Both the position numbers and the translations under genes were made by a program. Source: Hypanus sabinus (Eukaryota). Taken from it: 64,000 bases of DNA. Location: the NCBI RefSeq assembly GCF_030144855.1, contig NC_082717.1, positions 5,332,001 to 5,396,000 on the forward strand. Direction: 5' to 3'. Below are positions 12,364-25,217 of this stretch, piece after piece; positions within the stretch are counted from its first letter, which is position 1; every line of letters begins with the position of its first letter. Below the pieces are notes generated by a model. It was not told the origin of the DNA. It ran no database searches and saw only the letters and a program-made list of their open reading frames with translations.

Positions 12364-14900
12364 CATAGAAACATAGAAAACCTACAGCACAATACAGGCC
12401 CTTCAGCCCAAAAAGTTGTGCCAAACACGTCCATACCTTAGAAATTACTAGGGTTACTCATAGTCCTCTATTTCTCTAAGCTCCATGTACATATCCAAAA
12501 GTCTCTTAAAAGCCCCTAACATATCTGCCTCAAACACAGTTGCCGGCAGCCCATTCCAAGCATTCACCACTCTCTACGTAAAAACCTACCCCTGACATCC
12601 CCTCTGTACGTGCTCCTCAGCACTTTAAACCTGTGCCCTCTTGCGGCAGCCATTTCAGCCCTGGGAAAAAGCCTCTGACAATCCACATGATCAATGCCTC
12701 TCATCATTTTATATCTCTCTATCAGGTCACCTCTCATCCTCCGTTGCTCCAAGGAGAAAAGGCAGAGTTCATTCAACCTGTTTCATATGGCATGCTCCCC
12801 AATCCATGCAACATCCTTGTAAATCTCCTGTGCAACTTTTCTATAGTTTTCAGACCTCTTCCTGTAGTGAGGTGACCAGAACTGAGCACAGTACTCCAAG
12901 TGGGGTCTGACCAGGGTCCTATATAGCTGCAACATTACATCTCAGCTCCTAAATTCAATTCCACTATTGATGAAGGCCAATACACCATATGCCTTCTTAA
13001 CCACAGAGCGAACCTGCACAGCTGTTTTGAGTGTCCTATGGACTCGGACTCCAAGATCTCTCTGATCCTCCAGACTGGCAAGTGTCTTACCATTAATACT
13101 ATATTCTGCCATCACATTTGACTTACCAAAATGAACCACTTCACACTTATCTGGGGTGAACTCCATCTGCTATTTCTCAGTCCAATCTTGCATCCTATCG
13201 ATGTCCCACTGTAACCTCTCCACACTATCCACAACACCTCCAACCTTTGTGACATCAGCAAACTTACTAATCCATCCCTCCACTTCCTCATCCAGGTCAT
13301 TTATAACAATCACAAAGAGTAAGCATCCCGGAACAGATCACTGAGACACACCACTGGTCACCAAACTCCGTGCAGAATATGACCCATCTAGAACCACTCT
13401 TTGCCTTCTGTGGGCAAGCCAGTTCTGGATCCAGAAAGCAATATCTTCTTGGATCCCATGTCTCCTTACTTTCTCAATAAGCCTTGCATGGGGTACGTCA
13501 TCAAACCCTTTGCTGAAATCCATATACGCTACATCTATTGTTCTTCTTTCATCAATGTGTTTAGTCACATCCTCAAAAAATTCAATCAGGCTCGTAAGGC
13601 ACGACCTGCCCTTGACAAAGCCATGCTGACTATTCCTAATCATAGTATACCTCTCCAAATGTTCATAAATCCTGCCTCTCAGGATCTTCTCCACCAACTT
13701 ACCAACCACTGAAGTAAGACTCACTGGTACATAATTTCCTCAGCTACCTCTACTCCCTTTCTTGAATGAGGGAACAACTTCTGGAAAGCTCCAGTCCTCC
13801 GGAACCTCTCCCATCCCCAATGATGATGCAAAGATAATTGCAAAAGGTTCAGCAGTCTCCTCCCTCACCTCCCACTGTAGCCTGTGGTACATCTCATCTG
13901 GTCCTGGTGACTTATCCAACTTGATGCCCTCCAAAGGTTCCCTCACATCCTCTTTCTTAATATCTACATGCTCAAGCTTTTCAGCTTTTCAGTCTGCTGC
14001 AAAGCATCACTACAATCACCAAGATCCCTTTCCCCAGTGAATAATGAAATATTCATTAATTATCTCTGCTACTTCCTCAGGTTCCATACATAGTTTCCCA
14101 CTGTCACAGCTGAAAGGTTCTATTCTTTCATGTCTTATCCACTTACTCTTCACATACTTGTAGAATCCCTTGAGGTTTTCCTTAATCCTGTCCACCAAGG
14201 CCTTCTCATGGCCCCTTCTGGATCTCCTAATTTCCTTCTTAAGCTTCTTATTGTTGGCCTTATAATGTTCCAGATGTTCTAGCTCTTTGAAACTTTCATA
14301 AGCTTTTCCTTTCTTCTTGACTAGATTTACTGGAGCCTTTGTACATCATGGTTCCTGTACCCTACCACAACTTCCCTGTTTCATTGAAATGTACCTATGC
14401 AGATCTCCATACAAATATCCCTTGAACATTTGCCACATTTCTTCCGTACCTTTCTCTGAGAACATTTGTTTCCAATTTAAGCTTCCAAGTTCCTGCCTGA
14501 TAGCATTATAATTCCCTTACTCCAATTAAAAGCTTTTCTAACTTGTCTGTTCCTATCTCTCTCCAATGCTATTGTAAAGGGGAAAGAATTATGATCACCA
14601 TCTCCAAAATGCTCTCCCACTGAGAGATCTGACACCTGACCTGGTTCATTTTCCAATACCAAATCAAGTACAGTCTCTCCTCTTGTAGGCTTATCTACAT
14701 ATTGTGTCAAGAAAACTTCCTGCACACACCTAACAAACTCCACCCCTTGCTCTAGGGAGATGCCAATCGATATTTGGAGAATTAAAATCTCCCACCACGA
14801 CAACTCTTATTATTACTCCTTTCCAGGATCTGTTTCCCTTTCTGCTCCTCGATATCTCTGTTACTATTGGGCAGCCTATAAAAAAAAAGTAGGGTTATTG
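12364..14900 (-). mobile_element. CR1 ORF2 (EN-RT-3' tail), degenerate
   Basis: (catagaaa)n tail at 12364; ORF 13338..13724 SLTSVVGKLVEKIL...SQHGFVKGRSCLTSLIEFFE...YMDFSKGFD. Confidence 0.92.
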
Positions 14901-14919
14901 ACCCCTTCCTGATGTAACC

Positions 14920-15578
14920 TCGATGCATCACAGACTCATATGTCAACTGCTCTCTCCAAGACAGTATTCAAATTGCAGAGTTATGAAGACAACTCAGTTC
15001 CTGGCAAAATCCACCCGCCTCCATACAATTCTCTGTGCCTCGGGAGAGCAGAATTACCTTAAACAGCTGTGATGTTTCTGCTGCTGGACCATCGAGACAT
15101 CAGCCGGGTCCATCCATTTCCAGACGTTTCATCCCCTAACGCAGAACATCCTCGGGATGGTGAGACAGCAGAAGATGATCAGTCATCTACCCCCGATGGT
15201 CAGACTTCCAGCTACTATCATCCCTTGGCAGTCAAAGCCAAATGGATGCTCTCTGCTGCTTGAGCCATGGTGTTAACGGCTCTCTTCCTGGTTCTCCCTT
15301 GTATCCTTAAAGCTGCCATCATCTTCCAGCAAGACATGGCGGGAAATCCTCTTGCCCCCACTTCAACAGGGAAGTTCCACGTCTGCCAGCCTTGCCATCT
15401 GCAGTCCATCACCAAGTCTTCATACCTCGCCAGGTTCCTCTCGTGGGCCTCTTGGCATTGGGTCTCCCATGGTACTGTTAGCTCTATCACCATGAGCTTA
15501 TTTGTACTCTTTGACAATAGTAAAACACCTGGTCGAAGTGTGGTCTCTGCTATTGGTGGGAACACCAGCTTCTTTTAA
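14920..15578 (-). mobile_element. R2-superfamily (HERO-like) LINE, 3' part with restriction-like endonuclease
   Basis: ORF 15218..15565: TTLRPGVLLLS...VIELTVPWE...PVEVGARGF (PD-(D/E)xK-type RLE; catalytic D altered to G). Confidence 0.8.
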
Positions 15579-16952
15579 CCAGACAACCATAGAACACTAC
15601 AGCACAGTACAGGCCCTTCCGCCTTCTATGTTGTGCCAACACATATAATCCTTAAAAAAAAGTACTAAACACACACTACCCCATAACCCATGTAACCTTC
15701 AACAACCCTCTTTATCCTTTAGTGGTCCCACCTTCATTCTCGTCATCCTCCTATTCTTCACATATGCATAGAACGCCTTGGGGTTCTCCTTAATCCTACA
15801 TGCCAAGGCCTTCTCATGGCCCCTTCGAGCTCTCCTAAGTCCTTTCTTTAGCTCCTTCATGGCTACCCTATATTTTTCATAAGCCCCTCCTACTTCCTGC
15901 TTCTAATATCTAACATATGCTTCCTTTTCCCTCTTGATGAGTTGCCTCATGTGTTTCGTCAGCCACGGTTCCCTTTTCCTACCATTTTTTCCTTGCCTCA
16001 GTGGGACAATCCTATCTCGAACCCAGCTCAAGTGGTCCCTAAACTTCTCCCACATTACTTCTGTGCTTTCCCCTTTGAACATCTGTTTCCAATTTACTCT
16101 CGCTAGTTCCTGCCTCATCCCTTCAAAGTTAGCCCTTCCCCAGTTAAGCACTTTATCATTTCATCTGATTTTATCCCTTTCCATAGCTATGCTGAAGCTA
16201 AGAGAAATGTGGTCACTCTCACCAAAATGCTCCCCCACCAAGAGGTCTGTCACCTGACCAGGTTCATTACCCAGAACTAGATGCAGTATAGCCTCTCCTC
16301 TCATTGGCCTGTCCACATACTGTGTCAGGAATCCTTCTTGAACACACCTGACAAATTCAGCCCCATCTTTTCACTCCTTTCACTCAGGAGGTGCCAGTCA
16401 ATATGAGGGAAGTTGAAATCACCCATAACTACTACCCTGTATTTCCTGCACCATTCTAAAATCTACCTGCTTATCTGCTCCTCGGTGTCCCGAGGGCTAT
16501 CTGGGGGCCTATAGATTACTCCCAGCCCAGTGATTGATCCCTTCCTATTTCTGACTTCCACCCAGTCTGACTCCGCGGACACTCCTTCTGCAGCGTCCTC
16601 CCTTTCTATAGCCGTGATACTATCCCTGAGCAGCAGTGCCACTCCCTCCCCCCCCACCCCCCGTTTTCTACCTCCCATCCTATTCCTTTTAAAACACCTG
16701 AACCCCGGGATCTGCATCATCCAATCCTGTCCTTCCTCCAACCAAGTTTCAGTAATGGTCACAACATCATAGTCCACGTACTAATCCATGCTGTTAGTTA
16801 ATTCTAATAAAAACACAAAATGCTGGCAGAACTCAGCAGGCCAGACAGCATCTATGGGAGGAGGTAGTGACAAAGTTTCGAGCCAAAACCCTTCATCAGG
16901 AGTGGCATGCTCCTTGTTCCTAATACTCCTAGCATTGAAATAGTCACATTTC

Positions 16953-17625
16953 TATCATAATGGGATTTCTGAGAGGGTGCAATAAAATGTTTTATCAAGT
17001 TTTTCCATCCAAACTCCCTCCCTTTCTGTGAACTGGTACACTTCCTTTGATATTTCCATATTGTTGTCCATTCTTCCTCAGATATAATTATCCCTCCTTC
17101 CTTCTCCCATTTTGTTTTTAATGTATGAAGTTGAATGTATTTTAAGATTTGACAAACCCTTATACATGTTTGAAATTATTCTACTACCATTATCTGAATT
17201 ATATGCTTTTCTAAAGAGTTCTATCAAGCATGTATTTGCCTGGGTTACATTTTTAAGCATCTTATTAACATTTTGTTTCATCTGTAAATACTGATAAAGA
17301 TCTTGTTTTTCTAATAAGTGTTTCTCTTTAGGCATTTCAAAACTGAACAGTGTTCCTTCTTTTATTATGTTGCAAAGAACTGTTATTCCTTTAGCTGTCC
17401 AGTCCTTAAATCTAGCATCCAATTTATTTGGTGTAAAATCCGAGTCATATGCACACCATTTAAGAACTGCAGTATCTCCCTCTAGATTATATTCTTTTAT
17501 AGTAGTTTCTGATATTTTAAGAGTCAATTTCACCCATGGGTTATCAATATTAATAATGTACCTTTTATATCTTATGGAAATGTTTGTTTGATGAACTTCA
17601 ATAAAAAAATAAATTACAAAAAAAA
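16953..17625. mobile_element. 5'-inverted (twin-primed) L1/Tx1-like insertion, 11-bp TSD
   Basis: TSD agtcacatttc at 16942-16952 and 17626-17636. + strand AATAAA/poly(A) tail at about 17550-17625; ORF2 C-terminal coding (PWVKLTLK...FKDWTAKGI...YQYLQ) on the - strand. Confidence 0.8.
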
Positions 17626-18596
17626 AGTCACATTTCAACCTCTTTAGCTGGCTCCAATTATGTTCTGTCCCCTGCCTGTCCTTCCTCATCAACTCAGAAC
17701 TCTTAGCATCATGCTCTTGTCTTCTACCTTAATCCCTGCACTCACGTTCTGATTCCCACCCCTCTGCCAAACAAGGTTAAACCCTCCCCAACACCTTTAT
17801 CAAACCTGCCTACCAGGATATTGGTCCCCCTGGGATTCAAGTGCAACCTGTCCTTTTTGTACAGGTCACACCCGCCCCAAAAGAGGTCCCAATGATCCAG
17901 AAATCTGAATCCCTACCCCCGCTCCAATCCCTCAGCCACGCATTTATCCTCCACCTTAATCTATTACTATTCTCACTGTCGCGTGGCACAGGCGGTAATC
18001 CCAAGATTACTACCTTTGAAGTCCTGCTTTTCAACTTCCTTCCTAACTCCCTGTAGTCTTCTTTCAGGACCTCTTCCCTTTTCCTACCTATGTCATTGGT
18101 ACCAATATGTACCACGACCTGTGGCTGTTCTCCCTCCCACCGCAGGATATCTTGGACATGATCAGAAATGTCCCAGACCCTGGCACCTGGGAGGCAAACT
18201 ACCATCCGAGTTTCTTTCCTGTGTCCACAGATTCGCCTGTTTGAACCCCTGACTATAGAGTCCCCTATCACTACTGCCTTCCTCTTCCTTTCCCTACCCT
18301 TCTGATCCACAGGGCCAGACTCTGTGCCAGAGGCACGGCCACTGTCACTTCCCCCAGGTAGGTTGTCCCCCAGAACAGTACACAAACAGGAGTACTTATT
18401 GTCAAGGGGTACAGCTACAGGGGTACTCTTTAGTACCTGACTCTTCCCTTCCCTCTCTTGACTGTGACCCATTTCTCTGTCCCCCGTGGCCCCGGAGTGA
18501 CCGCCTGCCTGTAACTCCTCTCTATCACCTCCTCACTCTCCCTGACCAGATGAAGATCATCGAGCTGCAGCTCCAGTTCCCTAACCCGGTCCCTTA

Positions 18597-18895
18597 GATC
18601 ACAAGATCACAAGACAAATGAGCAGAAGTAGGCCATTTGGCCCATCGAGTATGCTCCGCCACTTCACCATGAGCTAAACTATTCTCCTATCTAGTTCCAA
18701 TTTCTAGCTTTTTCCCAAATTTCCTTGATACCCTGACTAGATACCTGTCAATCTCCTCCTTAAAAACCCTCAATAACTGGGCCTCCACAGCTGTATGTGG
18801 CAATGAATTCCATAAATCCACGACCCTCTGGCTAAAAATTTTTTTCCTCATTTCTGTTTTAAATGGGTACCCGCTAATTCTAAGACCTGTCCTGA
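18597..18895 (-). mobile_element. CR1 3'-end fragment nested in CR1 ORF1
   Basis: (atcacaag)n tail at 18597 plus CR1 3' sequence, splitting the ORF1 codons MQL|LRDRV. Confidence 0.7.
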
Positions 18896-19278
18896 AGTTG
18901 CATCTCAATGCACCAGGTGCGGACATCTCCAGGATGCTGGGAGACTCCAGGACCTCCATATCTGACATCGACATCAGAAAACTGTCCTCACACACATACT
19001 ACCTCCTTTTGCAATCAACAACTGACTCACCTCGTCCCATTACCGCAGAAACCCGTGGGGCCAAAACCCTTTCACTCTGTTGCCTCTCACTCCGTTGCCT
19101 GCTCCCAACTCTGCACACAGGATATGGCTGTCTTCTTTTTAAACTGATCATGCTCAGCTGGCTGATATCGTGCTCCTACACAGTCTAGCCTCTCTCTTCC
19201 CCCGAGAACTCAAAATGTCTTCACACTGGAAATCTTTAGGTGCTCTCCCGCTGCCTTCTTGCTCCGAATAAAAAAAAA

Positions 19279-19655
19279 GATCGACATTTATCTCCCAGTC
19301 GTTTGCCATTCTTAGGATACCGTCTCTGCACTTGTTTGTTGCTGCAGCATGTTCCCCGGTCTTGATGAAGTTGATGAAGTTTGGTTGGCTGTCCTGTTTG
19401 TGGTCCTTCTTCCTCTCTGTCTCCAAAGTGTGGGCAAGTGCTCTCAAAACCTGACCGTGTCTCCATTTGTACTGTTCTTGGGAAATGGCAACCTGGCATG
19501 AAGAAAGATTATTCTCTGGGTTGGCTGGTTTCTGGCACAGATGGCACGTCGGGTCTTCTGTTCCCCAGTACCGCAGGCTTGTTGGAGTTGGTAGTACGTT
19601 GTACACAGCACTCAGTAAGAACTGCAGACAACGTAATCAAAAACCCCTCCTACCC
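19279..19655 (-). mobile_element. HERO-like LINE, 5' part (CCHC region) of the element continued at 15578
   Basis: YNVLPTP..L..WG..DPTCHLCQKP...SSC...YKWRHGQVL...ANDWEINVDL. Confidence 0.8.
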
Positions 19656-19779
19656 TGGACATACTTATAGTCTCCCCAGTCCCGATGGGAAAAAAGATAC
19701 TGGGGATAGTACAATTTCTATACTTAGATAAAATTCTTGAGTGGACCTCTTGTATAATAAAGACTTACCCTTGATCTCT

Positions 19780-20250
19780 CATTCTAATGTCACATTTATG
19801 CCTACCTACCCTGTACTTCTCACTCAATGTCAACAACACCAAGGAGCTGGTTGTAGTCTTCAAACGATGGAAACCAGAGGTCCATAAGCCAGTAATCATT
19901 GGAGGATCAGAGGTGAAGACTGTCAGTAAATTTAAATTCAAGTGTGTCACTATCTCAGAAGAACTATCCTGGAAACACCACATAAATATAATTGCAAAGA
20001 AAGCGCAACAGCATCTCTCATTCCTCAGGGGATAATTATACTCATTTAGGGACTCTATTTGTTATTTCATCCTCATTATTTATTGCTATTTATTTATATT
20101 TGTATCTGCACAGTTTGTTGTCCATTGATCCTGTTCACAGTTAATGTTCTATAGCTTTGCTAAGTCTGCCCACGGAAGAAGAATCACAGGGTTATATGTG
20201 CTGATGTCCATGCACTCTGATAATAAATCTCAATTTCAACTTTGAAACTT
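19780..20250 (+). mobile_element. Rex1/Babar-like LINE 3' fragment
   Basis: SLNVNNTKELVVVF...IIGGSEV..VSKFKF..VTISEELSW..HIN.IAKKAQQHL. Confidence 0.65.
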
Positions 20251-20469
20251 GAACTTTCTCTGTAACTTTGATGCTATTTTCTGCAATGCAGTTGCTGCAT
20301 TTTCTTGATGTGCCGGTGTTTGGAAAGATCTGTCTGGAAGATATACAGAGCAAAGCTTTGTCCTGGATGTTCTGCCTCTGTAGCAACCAGGTCATCTTCA
20401 ATGAGCAATGTCACAACAGGTAGAATCCTTCATGAAGGTCCCATATCTGCTGGGACAAAACTTCTTCTC

Positions 20470-23185
20470 AATAGACAATAGACAATAGGTGCAGAAGTAG
20501 ACCATTCGGCCCTTCAAGCCTGCACTGCCATTCTGAGATCATGGCTGATCATCTACTCTCAATACCCGGTTGCTGCCTTGTCCCCATATCCCTTGATTCC
20601 CCTATCCATAAGATACCTATCTAGCTCCTTCTTGAAAGCATCCAGAGAATTGTCCTCCACTGCCTTCCAAAGCAGCACATTCCAGACCCCCACAACTCTC
20701 TGGGAGAAGAAGTTTTTCCTTAACTCTGTCCTAAATGACCTACCCCTTATTCTCAAACCATGCCCTCTGGTACTGGACTTTCCCAGCATCTGGAACATAT
20801 TTCCTGCTCTATCTTGTCCAATCCCTTAATAATCTTATATGTTGCAATCAGATCCCCTCTCAACCTCCTTAATTCCAGCGTGTACAAGCCCAGTCTCTCT
20901 AACCTCTCTGTGTAAGACAGTCCAGACATCCCAGAAATTAACCTCGTGAATCTACGCTGTACTTCCACTACAGCCAGGATGTCCTTCCTTAACCCTGGAG
21001 ACCAAAACTGTACACAATACTCCAGGTGTGATCTCACCAGGGCCCTGTACAAATGCAAAAGGATTTCCTTGCTCTTGTACTCAATTCCCTTTGTAATAAA
21101 GGCCAACATTCCATTAGGCTTTTTCACTGCCTGCTGCACTTGCTCATTCACCTTCAGTGACTGATGAACAAGGACTCCGAGATCTCTTTGTATTTCTCCC
21201 TTACCTAACTCTACACCATTCAGATAATAATCTGCCTTCCTGTTCTTACTCCCAAAGTGGATAACCTCACACTTATTCACATTAAACGTCATCTGCCAAG
21301 TATCTGCCCACTCACCCAGCCTATCCAAGTCACCCTGTATTCTCCTAACATCCTCATCACGTCACACCGCCACCCAGTTTAGTATCATCAGCAAATTTGC
21401 TGATGTTATTCTCAATGCCTTCATGTAAATCGTTGATGCAAATCCTAAACAGGTGTGGTCCCAATACCGAGCCCTGTGGCACCCCACTAGTCACCACCTG
21501 CCATTCCGAGAAACACCCTTTCCTTTCTATCTGCCAACCAGTTTTCTATCCATGTCAATATCTTCCCCCCAATGCCATGAGCTCTGATTTTACCCACCAA
21601 TCTCCTGTGTGGGACCTTATCAAATGCCTTCTGAAAATCAAGGTACACTACATACACTGGATCTCCCTTGCCTAACTTCCTGGTTACATCCTTGAAAAAC
21701 TCCAATAGATTAGTCAAGCATGATTTACTCTTGGTGAATCCATGCTGGCTCTGCCCAATCCTATCACTGCTATCTAGATATGCCACTATTTCTTCTTTAA
21801 TAATGGACTCTAGCATCTTCCCCACTACTGATGTTAGGCTGACAGGATGATTGTTCTCTGTTTTCTCCCTCCCTCCTTTCTTAAAAAGTGGGATAACATT
21901 AGCCATTCTCCAATCCTCAGGAACTGATCCTGAATCTAAGGAACATTGGAAAATGATTACCAATGCATCCACAATTTCCAGAGCCACCTCCTTTAGTACC
22001 CTAGGATGCAGACCATCTGGACCTGGGGATTTGTCAGCCTTCAGTCCCATCAGTCTACTCATCACCATTTCCTTCCTAATGTCAGTCTGTTTCATTTCCT
22101 CTGTTACCATATGTCCTTGGCCCATCCATACATCTGGGAGATTGCTTGTGTCTTCCCTAGTGAAGACAGATCTAAAGTACTTAATAAATTCTTCTGCCAT
22201 TTCTTTGTTTCCCTTAACAATTTCACCCAATTCCTTCTTCAAGGGCCCAACATTGTTTTTAATTATCTTCTTTCTCTTCACGTACCTAAAAAAGCTTTTG
22301 CTATCCTCCTTTATATTCCTGGCTAGCTTGGTGTTCGTACCTCATTTTTTCTCCCCGTATTGCCTTTTTAGTTAAGTTCTGTTGTTCATTAAAAGTTACC
22401 CAATCATCTGTCCTCCCACTCACCTTAGCTCTGTCATACTTCCTTTTTTTTAATGCTATGCAATCTCTGACATCCTTTGTCAACCACTGTGGCCCCTTTC
22501 CCACCTTTGAATCCTTCCTTCAGCAGGGGATGAACTGATTTTGCACCTTGTGCATTATTCCCAAGAATACCTGCCATTGCTGTTCCACTGTCTTTTCTGC
22601 TAGGATATCCGTCCAGTTAACTTTGGCCAGCTCCTCCCTCATGGCTCCATAGTCTCCTTTGTTCAATTGCAACTCTGACACTTCCAATCTGCCCGTACCC
22701 TTCACAAATTGCTGATAAAAACTTATCATATTATGGTCACTACCTCCTAATGGCTCCTTTACTTCAAGATCACTTATCAAATCCTGTTCATTACACAACA
22801 CTAAATCCAGAATAGCCTTGTCCCTGGTCAGCTCTCGTACAAGCTGTTCCAAGAATGCATCCCATAGGCACTCTACAAACTCCCTATCCTGGGGTCCAGC
22901 ACCAACCTGATTCTCCCAGTTCACCTGCATGTTGAAATCCCCCATAACTACTGCGACATTACCTTTGCCACATGCCAATGTTAACTCCCTATTCAGCTTG
23001 CATCCAATATCCATGCTACTGTTTGGTGCCCTGTAGACGACACCCATTAGGGTCTTTTTGCCCTTACTGTTCCTCAGTTCTATCCACACAGACTCTACTT
23101 CTCCTGATTTTATGTCCCCCCTTGCAAAGGATTGAATCTCATTCCTCACCAACAGGGCCACTCCTCCCCGTCTGCCCACATTCTC
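20470..23185 (-). mobile_element. CR1 ORF2 (EN+RT+3' tail), comparatively intact
   Basis: Long ORFs 22520..23230 (EN), 21487..22281 (RT N-part), 20753..21328 (RT C-part); (tagacaa)n tail. Confidence 0.95.
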
Positions 23186-23509
23186 ATTGCCACCATCAAG
23201 GATGGGGTTCAGGAAACTGAAAGCACACACTCAGCGATTCAGGAACAGTTTGTTCCCGTCTGCCATCCCATTTCTGAATGGACATGGAACCCATGAACAC
23301 GATCTTCCTACTGTTGCTTTTTCCTTTTGTACTGCTTAACTTAATTTTAAGATATATATATATACTTCTTACAGTAATTCATAGATTTTATAATTAAATA
23401 CAGTATTACAATGTACTGCTGCAACATAACAACAAATTCACAACACATGTTAACAATATTTAACTTGATTCTGATTCTGATTTATTGTAACTTAATGCAC
23501 AATTAAGAC

Positions 23510-24960
23510 TATAAAACCATCAGATGTAGGACCAGAATTAGGCCATTTGACCCATTGACCCATTGGGTCTACTCCACCATATAAATATGGTTAATCTATT
23601 TTCCTTTCAGGCCAGATCTCCTGCCTTCTCCCTTTATCCCTTCATGCCCTAACTAATCAATGATCTATCAACCTCTGCCATAAATACACAAAGAAGTCCT
23701 CCACAGCTACCAGTGACAACAAATTCCACAGATTCATCATTCTCTAGTTCAAGAAGTTCCTCTGTACCTCCATTTTAAAAGGACGGCCCTCTATTCTGAG
23801 GCTGTGTTCTCTGATCTTAGACTCTCCCACTATAAGAAACACCCTCTCCACATCTACTCTTTTGTGGCCTTTCATCTTTCATTAGGTTTAAATGAAGTCA
23901 CCACCCATTCTTCTGAATTCCAGTGAATACAGGGACAGGGACATCAAAGCCTTTCATATGAGAAGCCATTCAAATCCAGAATCACTTTCATGAATCTCCT
24001 TTAAAGACTCTCCAATATCAACACATGTTTCCTTAGATAAGGGTTCCAAATACACCAAGTGAGGCCTCACCAGTGCTTTATAAATCCTCAACGTTACAGC
24101 TTTGCTTTTATATTCTGGTCCTCTTTAAATGAATGCTAACATTGCTTTGACCTTCCTCATCAGCAACTCATCTTGCAAATTAACTTTTAGGGAATCCTGC
24201 ATGGGAACTCCCAAGTCCCTTTGCGGCTCACATTTTGAATTTTCTCTCCATTTAGAAAATGGTCCACCCTTTTATTTCTTCTACCAAAGTGTATGATCAT
24301 ACACTTTCTGACACTGTATTTCATCTGTCACTTCTTTGCCCATTCTCCTAATCTGCCCAAGTCCTTCTGTAGCCTCTCTTCTTCCTTAAAACTACCCACC
24401 TTTCCATCTACCTTCATACTGTCTGCAACCTTTACAATAAAGCTATCAATTCCATCTTCCATGTCATTGACTTTTAACATAAGAAGGATTGGTCCCAACA
24501 CAGACCCCTGTAGAACACCACTAGTCAATGGCAGCCAACCAGAAAAGCCTCCCTATATTCCCATTCTTTTCCTGCTGCCAAAACTCTATCCATGCTAGTA
24601 TCTTTCCTGTAATACCATGGGCTCTTAACTTGTTAAACATCTTCATGTGTGGCACCTTGTCAAATCCTTCAAAAATCCATGTACACAACATCCACCGATT
24701 CTCTTTTGTCCAGCCTGCTTGTTTTTGCTTCAAAGAATTCCAACAGATTTCTCAGGCAAGATTTTCCCTCAGGAAACAATCTGACTTTTGCCTATTTTAT
24801 CATGTGCCTCCAAATGCCCTGAAACTACATCCTTAACAATCAAAGCCAACACCTTCCCAGCCACAGAGGTCAAATTTACTGGACTATAATTTCCTTTCTT
24901 CTGCCTCTCTTCCTTCTTGAAGAATGGAGTGACATTTGCAATTTTGAGTGCAGTCTATAA
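23510..24960 (-). mobile_element. CR1 RT/3' fragment
   Basis: TSGVLQGSVLGPIL...KVADSMKV (degenerate FADD); GFDKVPH. Confidence 0.85.
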
Positions 24961-25217
24961 AATTTTACATTGGCCAAGATTTCTGAATTCATGTTCAATA
25001 TTTCTACTTCTGTGCTGGCTGCAGCAACTGGGAGATTGCAGGACAGTTCAGAACAAAGTGAAAGAACTGAGCCTCAGGATGGAAACAGTTGAACTGCAAG
25101 TTGATATTCAATGCACAAAATATTCATAAATATTTTTTGTAAAATTCAAATTATTACAGTATGATGGTTTTTGGAGATCTTTATCTGCCCTGATCTTCAG
25201 TTCTTTACTGCCCACAG

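Larger units (their letters stand above)
15579..19278 (-). mobile_element. CR1 with 5' UTR, ORF1, EN and 3' tail but RT deleted; inserted in the HERO-like element
   Basis: 5' UTR from 19278; ORF1 N-terminal Cys motif near 18900-18990 continuing as LRDRVRELELQLDDL at about 18596; esterase ORF 17837..18472; EN ORF 16463..16777; junction near 15706 jumps directly to the 3' tail. Confidence 0.8.

Noticed and set aside
24991-25040. Hydrophobic stretch SIFLLLCWLQQLG just upstream of V1 as a possible leader
   Set aside because: No GT donor after the Gly codon and no suitable in-frame ATG; 4177-4225 has ATG, consensus donor and correct phase.
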